64,000 bases of DNA. Origin: Eledone cirrhosa. Its lineage: Eukaryota. Location: assembly GCA_964016885.1 (NCBI GenBank), contig OZ024744.1:25544001-25608000 (forward strand), written 5' to 3'. Under the pieces are notes generated by a model. That model saw only the letters and a program-made list of their open reading frames with translations, did no database searches and was not told where the DNA came from. This document shows positions 38,850-55,149 of this stretch, in pieces. Position 1 is the first letter of the stretch, and each line of letters starts with the position of its first letter. The position numbers and the translations under genes are program-made.

Positions 38850-41800
38850 AGGGCAGAGGCCCCAGGTTATCAGAGCCTGGGCCCGCTCGGCATCGTGCCA
38901 CTGTAATAGAGCCAAACAAGGTATTTAGTCTTGGCCGCTGGAACTTACGGACGCTGATTGACAGGGATTTTTTGGAACGTCATGAACGAAGGACCGCTCT
39001 TGTTGCAAAGGAGCTTCGACGTTACGATCTTGACATCGTAGCTTTATCGATGAAGAAAAGGTGTCCTTTTACCATGCCTTGAAAGGTGTTTTAAGAAATA
39101 TCCCTCAGGCAGACAAGGTCATTGTGCTTGGTGACTTTAATGCTAGAGTGGGTAGGGACTGTAACACATGGAATGTAATCGGAAGGCATGGGGTGGGAAA
39201 GTGTAACAACAATGATATGATCCTGCTGCAGATGTGTGAGGAGCTGGATATGTGTGTTACCAACACCATGTTCCAGCAAGAGAACAAATATAAGACTACA
39301 TGGATGCATCCTGCATCTAAGGAATGACATCTTTTGGACTACGTCCTAGTCAGGATGCGTGACAGATGGGATGTGCAGTGTGTTCGTGCTCTTCGTTGAG
39401 CTTAGTGCTGGATGGACCACCGCCTGGTACGCGCAAAAGTCAAACTAATCACTAAACGTAAAATCCGGGTTCCTGGTGTTGCCCTGCCCAGAAGATTGAA
39501 TGCTGCTCGTCTTAGAGATAAAAATGTGAAGAGGTTACGAGAAGAGATGCATGTTGCAGATCTTGATGAGGATTGGCCGACCCTTAAAAAGTCGGTTTAT
39601 GATGTAAGCAGGCGTGTTCTGGGATTGGTGCAGAGAAAACATCAAGACTGGTTTAATGAGAATGATGAACATATAGAAGACTTGTTGGCTGATAAGACGC
39701 GTGCTCTGTCACGCTACTTGACGGCAAAACCACAGGAGAAGAATATGTTGCATAAGGAAGTCAAGGATGTAAAATCACGTGTGAGGCGGAGGCTTTCTCA
39801 GATGAAGGATCAGTGGTGGAGTGAGAAGGCTGATGAGATACAAACTGCGTTAGATTCCAATAACACAAATCTGTTCGCAGCAATGATGGAAAAGAACTTC
39901 TTCGTGACTCACAAGGAATTCTACGAAGGTGGCGAGAGCACTTTGATGAACTTTTGAATCAGCCGCCTGTCGTCAATGAAGATTTCCTCATTCTCATTCC
40001 AGAAAGTCCTGTGAAAGTAGGACTCGCAGAACATCCGACGCTTGTGGAGGTTGCAGTGACTATCTCGAATCTGAACAGTGGAAGGTCTCCAGGAATGGAT
40101 GGCATACATGCAGAGGTCCTACAATATGGTGGTGAGATACTCCTGCAAAATCTTCACTCTTAGTTTAGCAGGATATGGGCTAATGAATCCGTACCTAAGG
40201 ACTGGAGAAATGCAGTAATGGTGGTCTTGTATAAGGGAAAGTGTAACAGGAATGATTGTGGGAACTACGGAGGTATATCATTGCTTTCTGTCATAGGGAA
40301 AGTTTTATGTAGGGTGCTTCTGAACTGTCTGCTGACGCACATTGCAGATTGTGTTCTTCCTGAAAGTCAATCTTGTTTTCGTGCTGCACGCGGCACTACT
40401 GATATGATCTTCTCAGCTAGTCCGATCCAGGAGAAGTGCATGGAACAAGGTTTGGATCTGTATCAGGTTTTTGTCGATCTGACAAAAGATTTAGATACTG
40501 CTAACAGAAATGCATTATGGAAGGTTCTCCAGAAACTTGGTTGCTCTGATAGGTTCCTTGCTTTAGTTAGGTCTTTCCATGACGACATGAAGGCTTGGGT
40601 TAATGTCGGAGGTAACATGTCGGAGCTTATCTCAGTAAAAAATTAAGTGAAACAGGGGTATATTCCAACACTGACCCTGTTTGCCATATACTTTTCAATG
40701 GTGTTCTACATTGCATTCAGAAATTGCGAGCATGGTGTTTACACCCAATATCGAACCTCAGGCAGCATTTTTAACATCAGGCGCTTTGCTGCAAAAACAA
40801 AAGTATTTAACATCAAGCATAAGAGATCTCTTGTATGCAGATGATTGCGATCTTCTAGCGCACACAGAGAGTGATATGCAGCACATTTTGAATGCATTTT
40901 CTGACGCTTCCACTGCCCTAGGATTGACTGTCAGTCTCAAGAAAACCGTCGTCATGTACCAACCTGCCCCTGGTAAGCAGTACAGTGAACCAAATATACA
41001 TGTGTATGGTAAACGACTTGGAGTGGCTGATCAGTTTGTCAATCGATTCAGCAGCCTTGATAATGTAATTCCACTCAGGATTAGGAAAGCAAGTGATGCT
41101 TTCGGAAAGCTAGAAAGGCAACTCAGGGGTCGGCGAGACATATGCAAGAAGACAAAGGTAAAGGTGTACAAGGCATGTGTGTTCTCTTCTCTTTTTTATG
41201 CCTGCGAGACCTGGGTCACATATCGACACCACCTTAAGCAATTGAAGCGTTTCCATCAGATGTGTCTCAGACGGATCCATGGGGTTCACTGGAGGGACCA
41301 CATCAGTGATGTCGAGATTTTGGAAAGCTCTGTGTGTGACAGTATATAAGCTCTTGTGCTTAAGCAACGACTCCGTTGGAGTGGTCACCTTGCCAGGACG
41401 AAGGAATATAGAATACCAAAACAACTCTTTTATGGAGAGTTGATTAAAGGAAAACGACCGCCACATAAACCTAAAAAGAGGTATAAGGATTCATTGAAAG
41501 CCTCTCTGAAAGACGCTAACATCTCTGCTGATACATGGGAAAATGTTGCTGCTGATCGTAATAACTGGAGAAAGACTGTATATGAGGGAAAAGTTGCCTT
41601 TGAGGCATCTCGAATCGAATTACGAGAAAGTAAAGCGGGATGTGAGGAAGAGCATTGCTGTTGCACTTCCAGACGGCGAGGGTCCTCCTATGGTGCTGAC
41701 ATGCAGCGTCCGTGCGAGACTCTGCCTAAGCAAAGCTGGACTCGAAAGTCATCTTCGCAGTCATAAAGTAAGACCAGTGGTTGACTACCAGGCTGCTGTT

Positions 41801-41950
41801 GGAGATGCTACTCATCATGCTTGCCAAACATGTGGTAGAGAGTGTAAATCAGCAGGCTATTCCCAGTGAATATTTTGGTTGGCAACTCTGTGCAAGAAAC
41901 TTTAGATCATTGGCTGGGCTAAAAAACTACATTCGATCGCAGCGCTGTTA
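38850..41950 (+). mobile_element. RTE-BovB-like LINE, degenerate (APE + RT + C-terminal C2H2-like fingers)
   Basis: WNLRTL..ERRTALVAKELRRYDLDIVALS, LGDFNARVG, TWMHP, DHRLV, SPGMDGI, YADD (about 40834), LRWSGHL, KRYKDSLK, CSVRARLCLSKAGLESHLRSH. Many stops and deletions. Confidence 0.9.
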
Positions 41951-43501
41951 ATTGCTATCGTGTGTGTGTATATATGTTTATGCGTGTGTGCGCGTGTGTG
42001 TATATAAATATATATATATATATATGTATACTATTATTGTTGTTGTTGTCGTTATTATTGTTGTTGTTATTATTATTATTATTGTTATTAGTATGGTGGG
42101 TTTTTTTTCTCGTGCAATGGCCATGCACGACAACGAGAGGGCAGCCATCATATATATATATATATATATATATTAAAATAACAGATTAAAGATTAAGCAA
42201 AGAATCGCTGCTTTCACCCTTAACGGGATCTTCTCAAACTAACAACGTCAACATGTGAACGCAGAAGTGAATATTTCAAAAAACGTTGCAACCGGATGAA
42301 GACAGGAAGACGATACTTTGGTTCGTGGAAACGTTCCTTGGCAAAGAACGGGAAAAAAACGAATATAATACGTCATTAATAGGAGCATTGAAAAACAATT
42401 ACACGCAAAGACAGGACCACGTTTATGGTATAAAAGAGGTCGTAGACTAATGTTCTATTAGGTAGTTCATAGAGACGTTCTCTGGCAATGAACGGAAAAA
42501 ACGAATATAATACGTCATATGTGGACCGTTGAGAACAATTGCACGCAAAGACAAAACCACGTAAATGGTATAACTGAAGTCGTAGACTAAAATTCTGACT
42601 AGGAAATCGAATGATTCTTGGCTTCAGAGTTAAGAATAAAGTAAATAAAATACAGAGGTAATTGAAATTAAATAAACACATACACGCATCCATATACGTA
42701 CATACACAAGTATACGCGAAAACACTCGCCATAGGTATACAAACACATGCACGTACACAAAAAAAAACAACAACAAAAAAAGCCGCACGCACATACAGAA
42801 CCCACGCAACACCTATACCCGCACGCATACGAATGTATACACCAAATACACATAAAAATATATATATATATATGTGTGTGTGTGTGCGTGTATACATATA
42901 ATTAAATAAACATATAATAATATAAATACGTATATAACAAACGCACACACATGCCTACATGTAAATATACATATGTTCGGAGATGCACGTCAACAAAAAC
43001 ACGAAGTACACATATACACACATCCTATATACGTACGAACCCGCATACTCATACAGACGCAACACTCACGTATACACATAACCAAACGCATATGTACCAG
43101 AATATATAATATATACGCCATAACATATACAATCAAATATACGTACGAGAATGTATACGTACCCTTACAAAACATACGGGTAATATATACTTACCTATAC
43201 AAATAAGTAATGGTATAAACATAACATATACTTAGCTACCACATCAAGACGTAAAATATCCGCGTATAGTTCGTACTATCCGTTAGGGTATAATGTGGGG
43301 CTGTAATACAGGAAAGTTTTGTGCAACTTATACAAGCATACGCGAAAACACTCGCCATAGGTATACAAATACACGCACGTACACGAAAAAAAAACAAGAA
43401 AAAAATCCCTCACGCACATACACAACTCACGCAACACCTGTACCCGCAAGCATAGGAATGTATACACAAAATACACAAAAAAATATATATAAAAAAAATA
43501 C

Positions 43502-43569
<68 letters not shown>

Positions 43570-43599
43570 ATACATATAATAAATAAACGTATATAAATG

Positions 43600-45366
43600 T
43601 CCATTCCGACAAAACTAGCAATCAATATCAAGTGGAGCGCAGTACTTACCATCAACTGCTACATAATGCTGTAACTAAGAATTACCGTAAAACTAATCGG
43701 TGCGTCATTAATGAAATCAACGATGCTTTTGTTTAAAATCACCTCTGATCTCAATATCCTGGACCGGACTGAACCTCTGGACCCTGTTTCTCTCCACTTT
43801 ACCCTGAAGGATCACAAATCCAATTTTCCGAACAACCCCTCTATTCAGTTTATTAACCCTACGAAGTCCGATTTAGGTAGACTTAGTAAAATGATTCTTG
43901 ATAGAATTATACCTGAAATAAAAAATGTAGCCCCTCTTGCACTGTAATTGGTTCAATGGCATATGCAACAAGGAACATTGCCGTTTTATCCAATTCGACA
44001 GCAATAATTACTACTCCTCCATCACTTTACCACTTATTCTTAGAGCTATCAATTTCGCTAAAACACTCACAGTGGTTAAGGATTTCGAAGTTGTTGTCAT
44101 CCTCAATGCCCGTAAGTCGGTGATTAATTTCGACGACTCTACTTGGATTAAAAAATCTGATAGTACGCCATTCGAGGTGAGTATGGGCGCAAGCGATTCT
44201 GCGGAGGTTACTGATCTTATCGGCCTTTTCCTTCTTTTCTCTATCAAGGAAGAATTCCCAAACGTGGGCGGTGGTTTGTACCGTGATGATGGTCTTTTGA
44301 CCATGAATAAGTGCGGCCCACGTGCTTGCGACAGGTTCAGAAAAGAACTCACAGCCTTCTTTAAAGCCTTCAACCTCTCCATACAGGTTGAGGTCAACCT
44401 CTTGGACGTTAATTACCTCGATGTTACCCTCAATTTATCGAATGGCTTGCATTACCCGTATAGAAAGCCGAATGAATCGCTTAATTACATAAGTAAGCAT
44501 TCTAACCATCCTGCCAGCATAACCAAGAACCTGGTAAGAAATGTTTCTTTGAGGTTTTCCCGTCTATCTACTAACGAGCATATTTTCAACGACCATTCCA
44601 AATATTACGATGCAGCTCTTGCTCGGAGTGGATTTGTCGATAAGGTAGCATATACAGAGTACGAGCATAGACCTAGAAGAAATAGATCCCGACGCATATT
44701 ATGGTATAACCCATAATATAATATGGAGGTGGCCACACCATTAGCTAAGATCTTTCTCTCCCTTATTATGAAGCATTTTCCCCCTACACATACATATAGT
44801 AAAATTTTTAATAGAAATACTATTAAAATGTCTTACTCTACGACCTTGCACATAACATCACAGCTTCAAATTTAGCTAAACTACCTAGCCGTAGGAACAC
44901 TTGCAACCCTGTAGTTAGTACTAACTGTAATTGTAGGAATCGGGTTGACTGCCCCCTATCCGAGAAATGCCTCTCTAGTAACATTGTCTACAAATGTAAG
45001 GTTGAAACACCCACGCCCCGTAGGGCCTACATAGGGTTAACCGCCAATAGATTCAAGCAGCGTCTTTACATGCATACCCGTTCTTTTCGTTACCCTTTAA
45101 GAAGGAATATGACGTCACTTTCAGTTTATATCTGGAGTTTAAAAGACAACCACACCCAATATAAGTTACACTGGGAGATCCTAGCTAGGGCTAGATCGTA
45201 TAACGGAAATAAAAGACCATGTGACCTCTGCGCCCCTGAGGCCCTGGAAAAACTCTACGCCAAATACCACATCTTAAACAAAAAATCTGAGGCAATTTCG
45301 GCTTGTAAACATAAATTGCACAAAACTTTCCTGTATTACAGCCCCACATTATACCCTAACGGATAG
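43600..45366 (+). pseudogene. PLE reverse transcriptase + GIY-YIG endonuclease (disrupted, 5'-truncated)
   Basis: GLYRDDGL, NYLDVTLNL, YRKP, SNHP, WYNP; then CNC..CPL..C..IVY..YIGLT..FKQR..H..SF..SLS.YIW..CDLC..LNKKSE..CKH. Confidence 0.9.
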
Positions 45367-46965
45367 TACGAACTATACGCGGATACTGTACGTCTTGATG
45401 TGGTAGCTAAGTATATGTTATGTTTATACCATTACTTATTTGTATAGGTAAGTATATATTACCTGTATGTTTTGTGAAGGTACGTATACTTTCTCGTACG
45501 TATATTTGCTTGTATATGTTATAGGCGTATATATTATATTATATATACTGGTACATGTGCATATGTTTATGTGTATACGTGAGTTTTGCGTCTGTGTGAG
45601 TATGCGGGTTCGTACGTATGTAGGGTTTGTGCATATGTTTACTTTGTGTTTTGGTTGACGTTGTTTAGCGAACATATGTGTATTTACATGTAGGTGTGTG
45701 TACGCGCGTTATATACGTATTTATGTGTGCATATTTATATACGTTTATATAATTTTATGTATACACGCATACACACACACATATATATATATTTATATAT
45801 ATATTTTATGTGTATTTGGTGTATACGTTCGTATGTGTGCGGCTACAGGCCTTGCGTTGGTTCTGTATGTGCGTGAGTGTTTTTTTCTTTTTGTGTACGT
45901 GCTTGATTTTGCATACCCATGGATAGTATGAACTATACGCGGATATTTTACGTCTTGATGTGGTAGCTAAGTATATTTTATGTTTATTCCATTACTTATT
46001 TGTATAGGTAAGTATATATTACCTGTATGTTTTGTGAGGGTACGTATACATTCTAGTACGTATATTTGATTGCATATGTTATGGCGTATATATTATATAT
46101 TCTGGTACATATGCTTTCGGTTATGTGTATACGTGAATTTTGCGTCTGTGTGAGTATGCGGGTTCGTACGTATATAGGGTGTGTGTATATGTGTACCTCG
46201 TGTTTTGGTTGACGTGCATCTCCGAACATATGTGTATTTACATGTAGGCATGTGTGTGCGTTTGTTATATACGTATTTATTTATATACGTTTATTTAATT
46301 ATATGTAACACGCACACACACACATATATATATATTTTGTTACATATATTTTTATGTGTATTTGGTGATACATTCCTATGCGTGCGGGTACAGTTGTTGA
46401 GTGGGTTTTGTCGATGCGTGCGGGGGTTTTTTTTTCGTTTTTTTTTTGTGTACGTGCGTGTATTTGTATACCTATGGCGAGTGTTTTCGCGTATGCTTGT
46501 GTATGTACGTATATGGATGCGTGTATGTATTTATGTAATTTCAATTACCTCTGTATTTTATTTACTTTATTCTTAACTTTGAAACCGAGAATCATTCGGT
46601 TTCCTAGTTAGAATTTTAGTCTACGACTTCAGTTATACCATTTATGTGGTTTTGTCTTTGCGTGCAATTGTTCTCCCCGGTCCACATATGACGAATTATC
46701 TTCGTTTTTCCCGTTTATTGCCAGAGAACGTCTACATGAACCACCTAATCGAATATTAGTCTACGACTTCTTTTATACCATAAACGTGGTTTTGTCCCTG
46801 CATGTAATTTTATTTCACCGCTCCAAATAATGACGTATTATATTCGTTTTTTTTCCGTTCTTTGCCAGGGAACGTTTCCACGAACCAAAGTATCGTCTTC
46901 CTGTCTTCCTCCGGTTGCAACGTTTATTGAAATATTCACTTCTGTGTTCACAGGTTGACGTTGTT

Positions 46966-47016
46966 AGTTTCAGAAGATCCCGTTAAGGGTGAAAGCAGCG
47001 ATACTTTGCTTAATCT
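46966..47016 (+). ncRNA. Hammerhead-like motif in the PLE pLTR with non-canonical core CAGAAGA
   Basis: AGUUU-CAGAAGA-UCCC GUUAA GGGU-GAAAGCA...UGCUU^AAUCU. Mirror copy at about 42190-42240 (minus) and a third copy at about 1331-1382. Confidence 0.5.
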
Positions 47017-48265
47017 TTAATCTGTTATTTTAATAAATATTTGCTCTACAGTTCTTATATATTTGATATATATTTATCCTTATCGAGCCCTCTTTGGATT
47101 TTAGTCTTCAAATTTATTATTATAACTATATATATATATAAATAAATATTTCGTTTCTGAATTTGTTTAGCAAGGTTCTTTATCTGAAAACGTGTGTTGA
47201 AACCGATATTGTTATAATCTTTTTTTGTGGGTGGGGGGGGGGGACATGTGGCCAATAAGAAAACACGCACAAGTTGCTTTCACTTCAATTTATTATTAAT
47301 TAAATTTCTAAATTTCTAAATTTCTAAATTTATAAATATATACACATATATATATATATATAATTATTGGAGTGTGTATGTATATGTATATGTGTATATG
47401 TATATGTGTATATATATATGTGTATATGTATATGTGTATATGTATATATCTGTTGATATGCAAATCAGGCCGATTAATCATTGTATATTTTAGAAAATAT
47501 ATATTTTCACTAGCTCTGACAGTTTGCAGATGAACAGTGAGCTGTACTGATTACCCAGAAGCATTAGCGTCTGTAGTTCTGTTTATATCCCGACACAAGA
47601 GCAAGAATGAGGGGCTCATTCTACTGACATGGCTTAAAAAAGGCTGTTTGCATAATTGCAAACAAATCGAATATTATTATTAATATTCGGAAAACTCAGA
47701 TTACATTTATTATATTCAGAGATTTTTTGTTAGTATATATATATATATATATATATATACTAACAAAGCAGTTTAGGTATGATACATTTTATTACTAATT
47801 ATATCTAAATGTTTCTTCTCTCTTCATAATGTATGTTTAACTCTGATACTGGTTCAGTCTGGTTCAAACTGAATTGGTCTGTCCCAGTCATTCATTGAGC
47901 AACATCGGTGAAGTTGGCACCCTTAACTCACAGTTGGGTGCGGATGCATTCATGTATATATGTGTGTGTCCGCATGTATCTGTGTGTTTCTAAATATATT
48001 GTTAATAACTCCCTCTGGTCGAGCAATCTTTGAAGTGTGGGGACAACTGGAAAGCTTCCATTACTCATACTTCTCGCCTTCTTCACTACCTCTTCTGCGG
48101 CCTCGATATGAATACCCCCTCCGCCTCCGTGGTATTTTCTTCGTGGTTATAAGAGGCTTAGCTCTGTTTCTCGACCGTTATATCGCGTTACTATCTCCCC
48201 CTCCGCCTTTTGGGATTCTTTCTCACGTCGTGTAGACGCGTTCTTGAGACTAGTAAAATGAGGTA

Positions 48266-48353
48266 TCCTCTTGATAAGTCGGCAGACCTCGCAAGGACTC
48301 TATATCTTTGATATATTGTTTTTGTTTATGCCACGAAACTACGTAGTCGAGGA
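48266..48353 (+). ncRNA. Type I hammerhead ribozyme, U3-A8 variant (array unit 1)
   Basis: UCCUC-UUGAUAA-GUCGGCA...UGCCAC-GAAAC-UACGUA-GUC^GAGGA. Predicted cut after 48348. Confidence 0.82.
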
Positions 48354-48859
48354 ATTTAGGTGCAGTTTAGGTATGATACATTTTATTACTAATTATATCT
48401 AAATGTTTCTTCTCTCTTCATAATGTATTTTTAACTCTGATACTGGTTCAGTCTGGTTCAAACTGAATTGGTCTGTCCCAGTCATTCATTGAGCAACATC
48501 GGTGAAGTTGGCACCCTTAACTCACAGTTGGGTGCGGATGCATTCATGTATATATGTGTGTGTCCGCATGTATCTGTGTGTTTCTAAATATATTGTTAAT
48601 AACTCCCTCTGGTCGAGCAATCTTTGAAGTGTGGGGACAACTGGAAAGCTTCCATTACTCATACTTCTCGCCTTCTTCACTACCTCTTCTGCGGCCTCGA
48701 TATGAATACCCCCTCCGCCTCCGTGGTATTTTCTTCGTGGTTATAAGAGGCTTAGCTCTGTTTCTCGACCGTTATATCGCGTGATTATCTCCCCCTCCGC
48801 CTTTTGGGATTCTTTCTCACGTCGTGTAGACGCGTTCTTGAGACTAGTAAAATGAGGTA

Positions 48860-48947
48860 TCCTCTTGATAAGTCGGCAGACATCACAAGGACTCTATATC
48901 TTTGATATATTGTTTTTGTTTATGCCACGAAACTACGTAGTCGAGGA
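48860..48947 (+). ncRNA. Type I hammerhead ribozyme, U3-A8 variant (array unit 2)
   Basis: Same core and stems as 48266-48353. Confidence 0.82.
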
Positions 48948-49453
48948 ATTTAGGAGCAGTTTAGGTATGATACATTTTATTACTAATTATATCTAAATGT
49001 TTCTTCTCTCTTCATAATGTATTTTTAACTCTGATACTGGTTCAGTCTGGTTCAAACTGAATTGGTCTGTCCCAGTCATTCATTGAGCAACATCGGTGAA
49101 GTTGGCACCCTTAACTCACAGTTGGGTGCGGATGCATTCATGTATATATGTGTGTGTCCGCATGTATCTGTGTGTTTCTAAATATATTGTTAATAACTCC
49201 CTCTGGTCGAGCAATCTTTGAAGTGTGGGGACAACTGGAAAGCTTCCATTACTCATACTTCTCGCCTTCTTCACTACCTCTTCTGCGGCCTCGATATGAA
49301 TACCCCCTCCGCCTCCGTGGTATTTTCTTCGTGGTTATAAGAGGCTTAGCTCTGTTTCTCGACCGTTATATCGCGTGACTATCTCCCCCTCCGCCTTTTG
49401 GGATTCTTTCTCACGTCGTGTAGACGCGTTCTAGAGACTAGTAAAATGAGGTA

Positions 49454-49541
49454 TCCTCTTGATAAGTCGGCAGACCTCGCAAGGACTCTATATCTTTGAT
49501 ATATTGTTTTTGTTTATGCCACGAAACTACGTAGTCGAGGA
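49454..49541 (+). ncRNA. Type I hammerhead ribozyme, U3-A8 variant (array unit 3)
   Basis: Same core and stems as 48266-48353. Confidence 0.82.
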
Positions 49542-49783
49542 ATTTAGGAGCAGTTTAGGTATGATACATTTTATTACTAATTATATCTAAATGTTTCTTC
49601 TCTCTTCATAATGTATTTTTAACTCTGATACTGGTTCAGTCTGGTTCAAACTGAATTGGTCTGTCCCAGTCATTCATTGAGCAACATCAGTGAAGTTGGC
49701 ACCCTTAACTCACAGTTGGGTGCGGATGCATTCATGTATATATGTGTGTGTCCGCATGTATCTGTGTGTTTCTAAATATATTG

Positions 49784-51681
<1,898 letters not shown>

Positions 51682-52259
51682 TATATATATATATATAATA
51701 TTATGTGTCCGTGTGTATATGTATATATGTATGTATTTGTGTATATGTGTATGTTCTCACCTGTGTGAGTATATATAAATATGTATATGTATAATGATAT
51801 TGATTCTTGTCTAGATGTGTATGTGTATGCGTGCCTGTCTGCGTGATATGTATATATGTGTATGTCCACATTCTTATATGTATATTTATATCGAGTGTAT
51901 TTATATACATATGTATATATATATATGTACAAAAATAAAAGAAAAAACAAGATATGAAAATTAAAATAAATATTTTTTCGCTAGGCAATACATAGATACG
52001 AGGCAATCACATACACACACTCTCTCTCAAACACACACGCACACACACACACACACACATATATATAAATATATATATGTATATATACATACATATATAT
52101 GTATATTTATATATATATACATATATATATATATATAAAAAACTTAAAAACTTAAAACCACAACTGAATACTAACCCATACAATCACTAATACTCTTTTA
52201 TTCCTAATTAAACCATTTTTCAACTGTGAACAATTTGTCAGCATTTTCTATTCCGTTTA

Positions 52260-52312
<53 letters not shown>

Positions 52313-52368
52313 TATATATATATATATATATATTTACATATAGATAGATATATATATATTTGTATATT

Positions 52369-52462
<94 letters not shown>

Positions 52463-52794
52463 AGTGTGTAGAATCATCTGATAAAATATATACACCATTT
52501 CCTCTCCCAATTAGCATAATTAACCACATAAAAAATCAATTAGACCAGGATATAAGAATAAAGGCTCCTATGAAGAAATATTTGATAAATAAACGACAGC
52601 AGCCTCTTCGCGGCCGACCGCAATAGAATATTTACCCAACATTTCAACAGCATGTAGAAATCGACTAAATATACCGTCAACCATACACAATTAGGTATAA
52701 AATTAAAGTTAGAAGAAATACGTACACTCTTACCCTGATTGTGTCCCTACCCTGGTGTGTCGTTCGTGTTTTGAGATATCCTATTAAGGATAAA

Positions 52795-52822
52795 GTCTCG
52801 AGTTTCGAACTCATCAGGAGAC
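52795..52822 (-). ncRNA. Ultra-minimal hammerhead-like motif (28 nt)
   Basis: Minus strand GUCUC-CUGAUGA-GUUC-GAAA-C-UC^GAGAC. Confidence 0.6.
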
Positions 52823-53138
52823 AAACTCATAGTACAGGTAATTTTCCAAGCGATCCCTGCCAGAAACAGATTCAAAAATGGCTAAGAATCGTGACGTGGC
52901 AGTGGTCAAGTTAGAAATGTATATATAGGCGGGGGGCGTACGATGCTCTGAGGACACCAACAGTGTGAAACAGAATCTGTCAGCTTCTCTCCCTTCTTTT
53001 GCCGAAAAAAGAAGTAAGTGACATAGTCACTACTTTAAAATAATTGCGCAAGGTCTTCAAAATGTTTTTAATTAAACATACAGTATATTGCCAAATATAC
53101 TATACATACATTCATGTATACATCACTATTTCAGAGCA

Positions 53139-54220
<1,082 letters not shown>

Positions 54221-54266
54221 CAACGCAATTTCTCTATATATATATTGCCATGTATGAATTACTTGC

Positions 54267-54372
54267 ATTCTGAGGATTTGATCAGAGGTAAATAATGTAA
54301 TGGAGTTGAGTGACTCAACTTCAAGCGATTAGCGACCTCTAGACTCACCTGATCAATGAAACAATTGTTAAT
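54267..54372 (+). ncRNA. Type I hammerhead ribozyme with extended stem II
   Basis: AUU-CUGAGGA-U UUGAUCAG...CUGAUCAA U-GAAAC-AAUU-GUU^AAU. Internal hairpin GAGUUGAG/CUCAACUU. Confidence 0.75.
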
Positions 54373-54416
54373 ACCTGAAATAAAGCCCCTTGTTGTACAG
54401 TCAACCATGTTACTCT

Positions 54417-54543
<127 letters not shown>

Positions 54544-55065
54544 GTGAGTGTGTTTGTGTGTTAGGTAATTCCGAAGGAATAGCAAAGGAAACAAGAATGC
54601 TCTATATATAGAACAGAGCTATTTAATTAGAAAGTGAACAACACTTACCTACTTACCAAAGGTTTCTGGATCACATGGATAATAATATATACGTCAGGAT
54701 CGGTCGTCAGACAGAGATGTTATGTATAAAAGATATGAACTGAGATTTAAATTCAGTTAAAAATTGGAAGTGAGGCTGGAAAAATAAGGGGAAATATACA
54801 TAAGAAAAGAAGGGTAAGAAAAATAATATATAAAAAATAAAAATATATAGCAATATAGAAGAAAACATATGTGTAGATACATATACACACACTTACACGC
54901 GTTTAGATAAAAGGAAAAAATATATATGTGTATAGACATATATATATACAAATATACATGTACACGGACATACACATATATACAGAAACACACACACACA
55001 TATAAAACATATACAGACATACATACAGACATATACAAATACATATACACACTGACATATATCAT

Positions 55066-55149
<84 letters not shown>

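Larger units (their letters stand above)
42174..47035 (+). mobile_element. Penelope-like element with an inverted 5' pLTR
   Basis: 42174-43330 is the reverse complement of the 45310-47035 region, which has an internal tandem duplication near 45360-46470. The arms flank an RT/GIY-YIG core. (AT)n at the left edge. Confidence 0.9.
47768..49786 (+). repeat. Tandem array, 594-bp unit x 3.4, one hammerhead per unit (retrozyme-like)
   Basis: Near-identical units at offsets 47768, 48362, 48956 and 49550. (AT)n on both sides. Confidence 0.97.

Noticed and set aside
47960-49378. 76-91 aa ORF repeated in each 594-bp unit
   Set aside because: No recognisable motif, it starts in TG-rich sequence, and an equivalent ORF is not evident in the diverged copy at 1415-2170. 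Treated as probably non-coding, though ORFs on the predicted circle were not exhaustively checked.
47768-49786. CRISPR-like array or simple satellite
   Set aside because: Units are identical along their whole length with no unique spacers; the ribozyme and dispersed homologue argue against a plain satellite.
54652-54712. Minus-strand CUGACGA...GAAACC-UUU-GGUA hammerhead-like motif (also partial ones near 56470-56505 and 63845-63873)
   Set aside because: Stem I does not pair or the GAAA box is missing; regarded as decayed and not listed as features.
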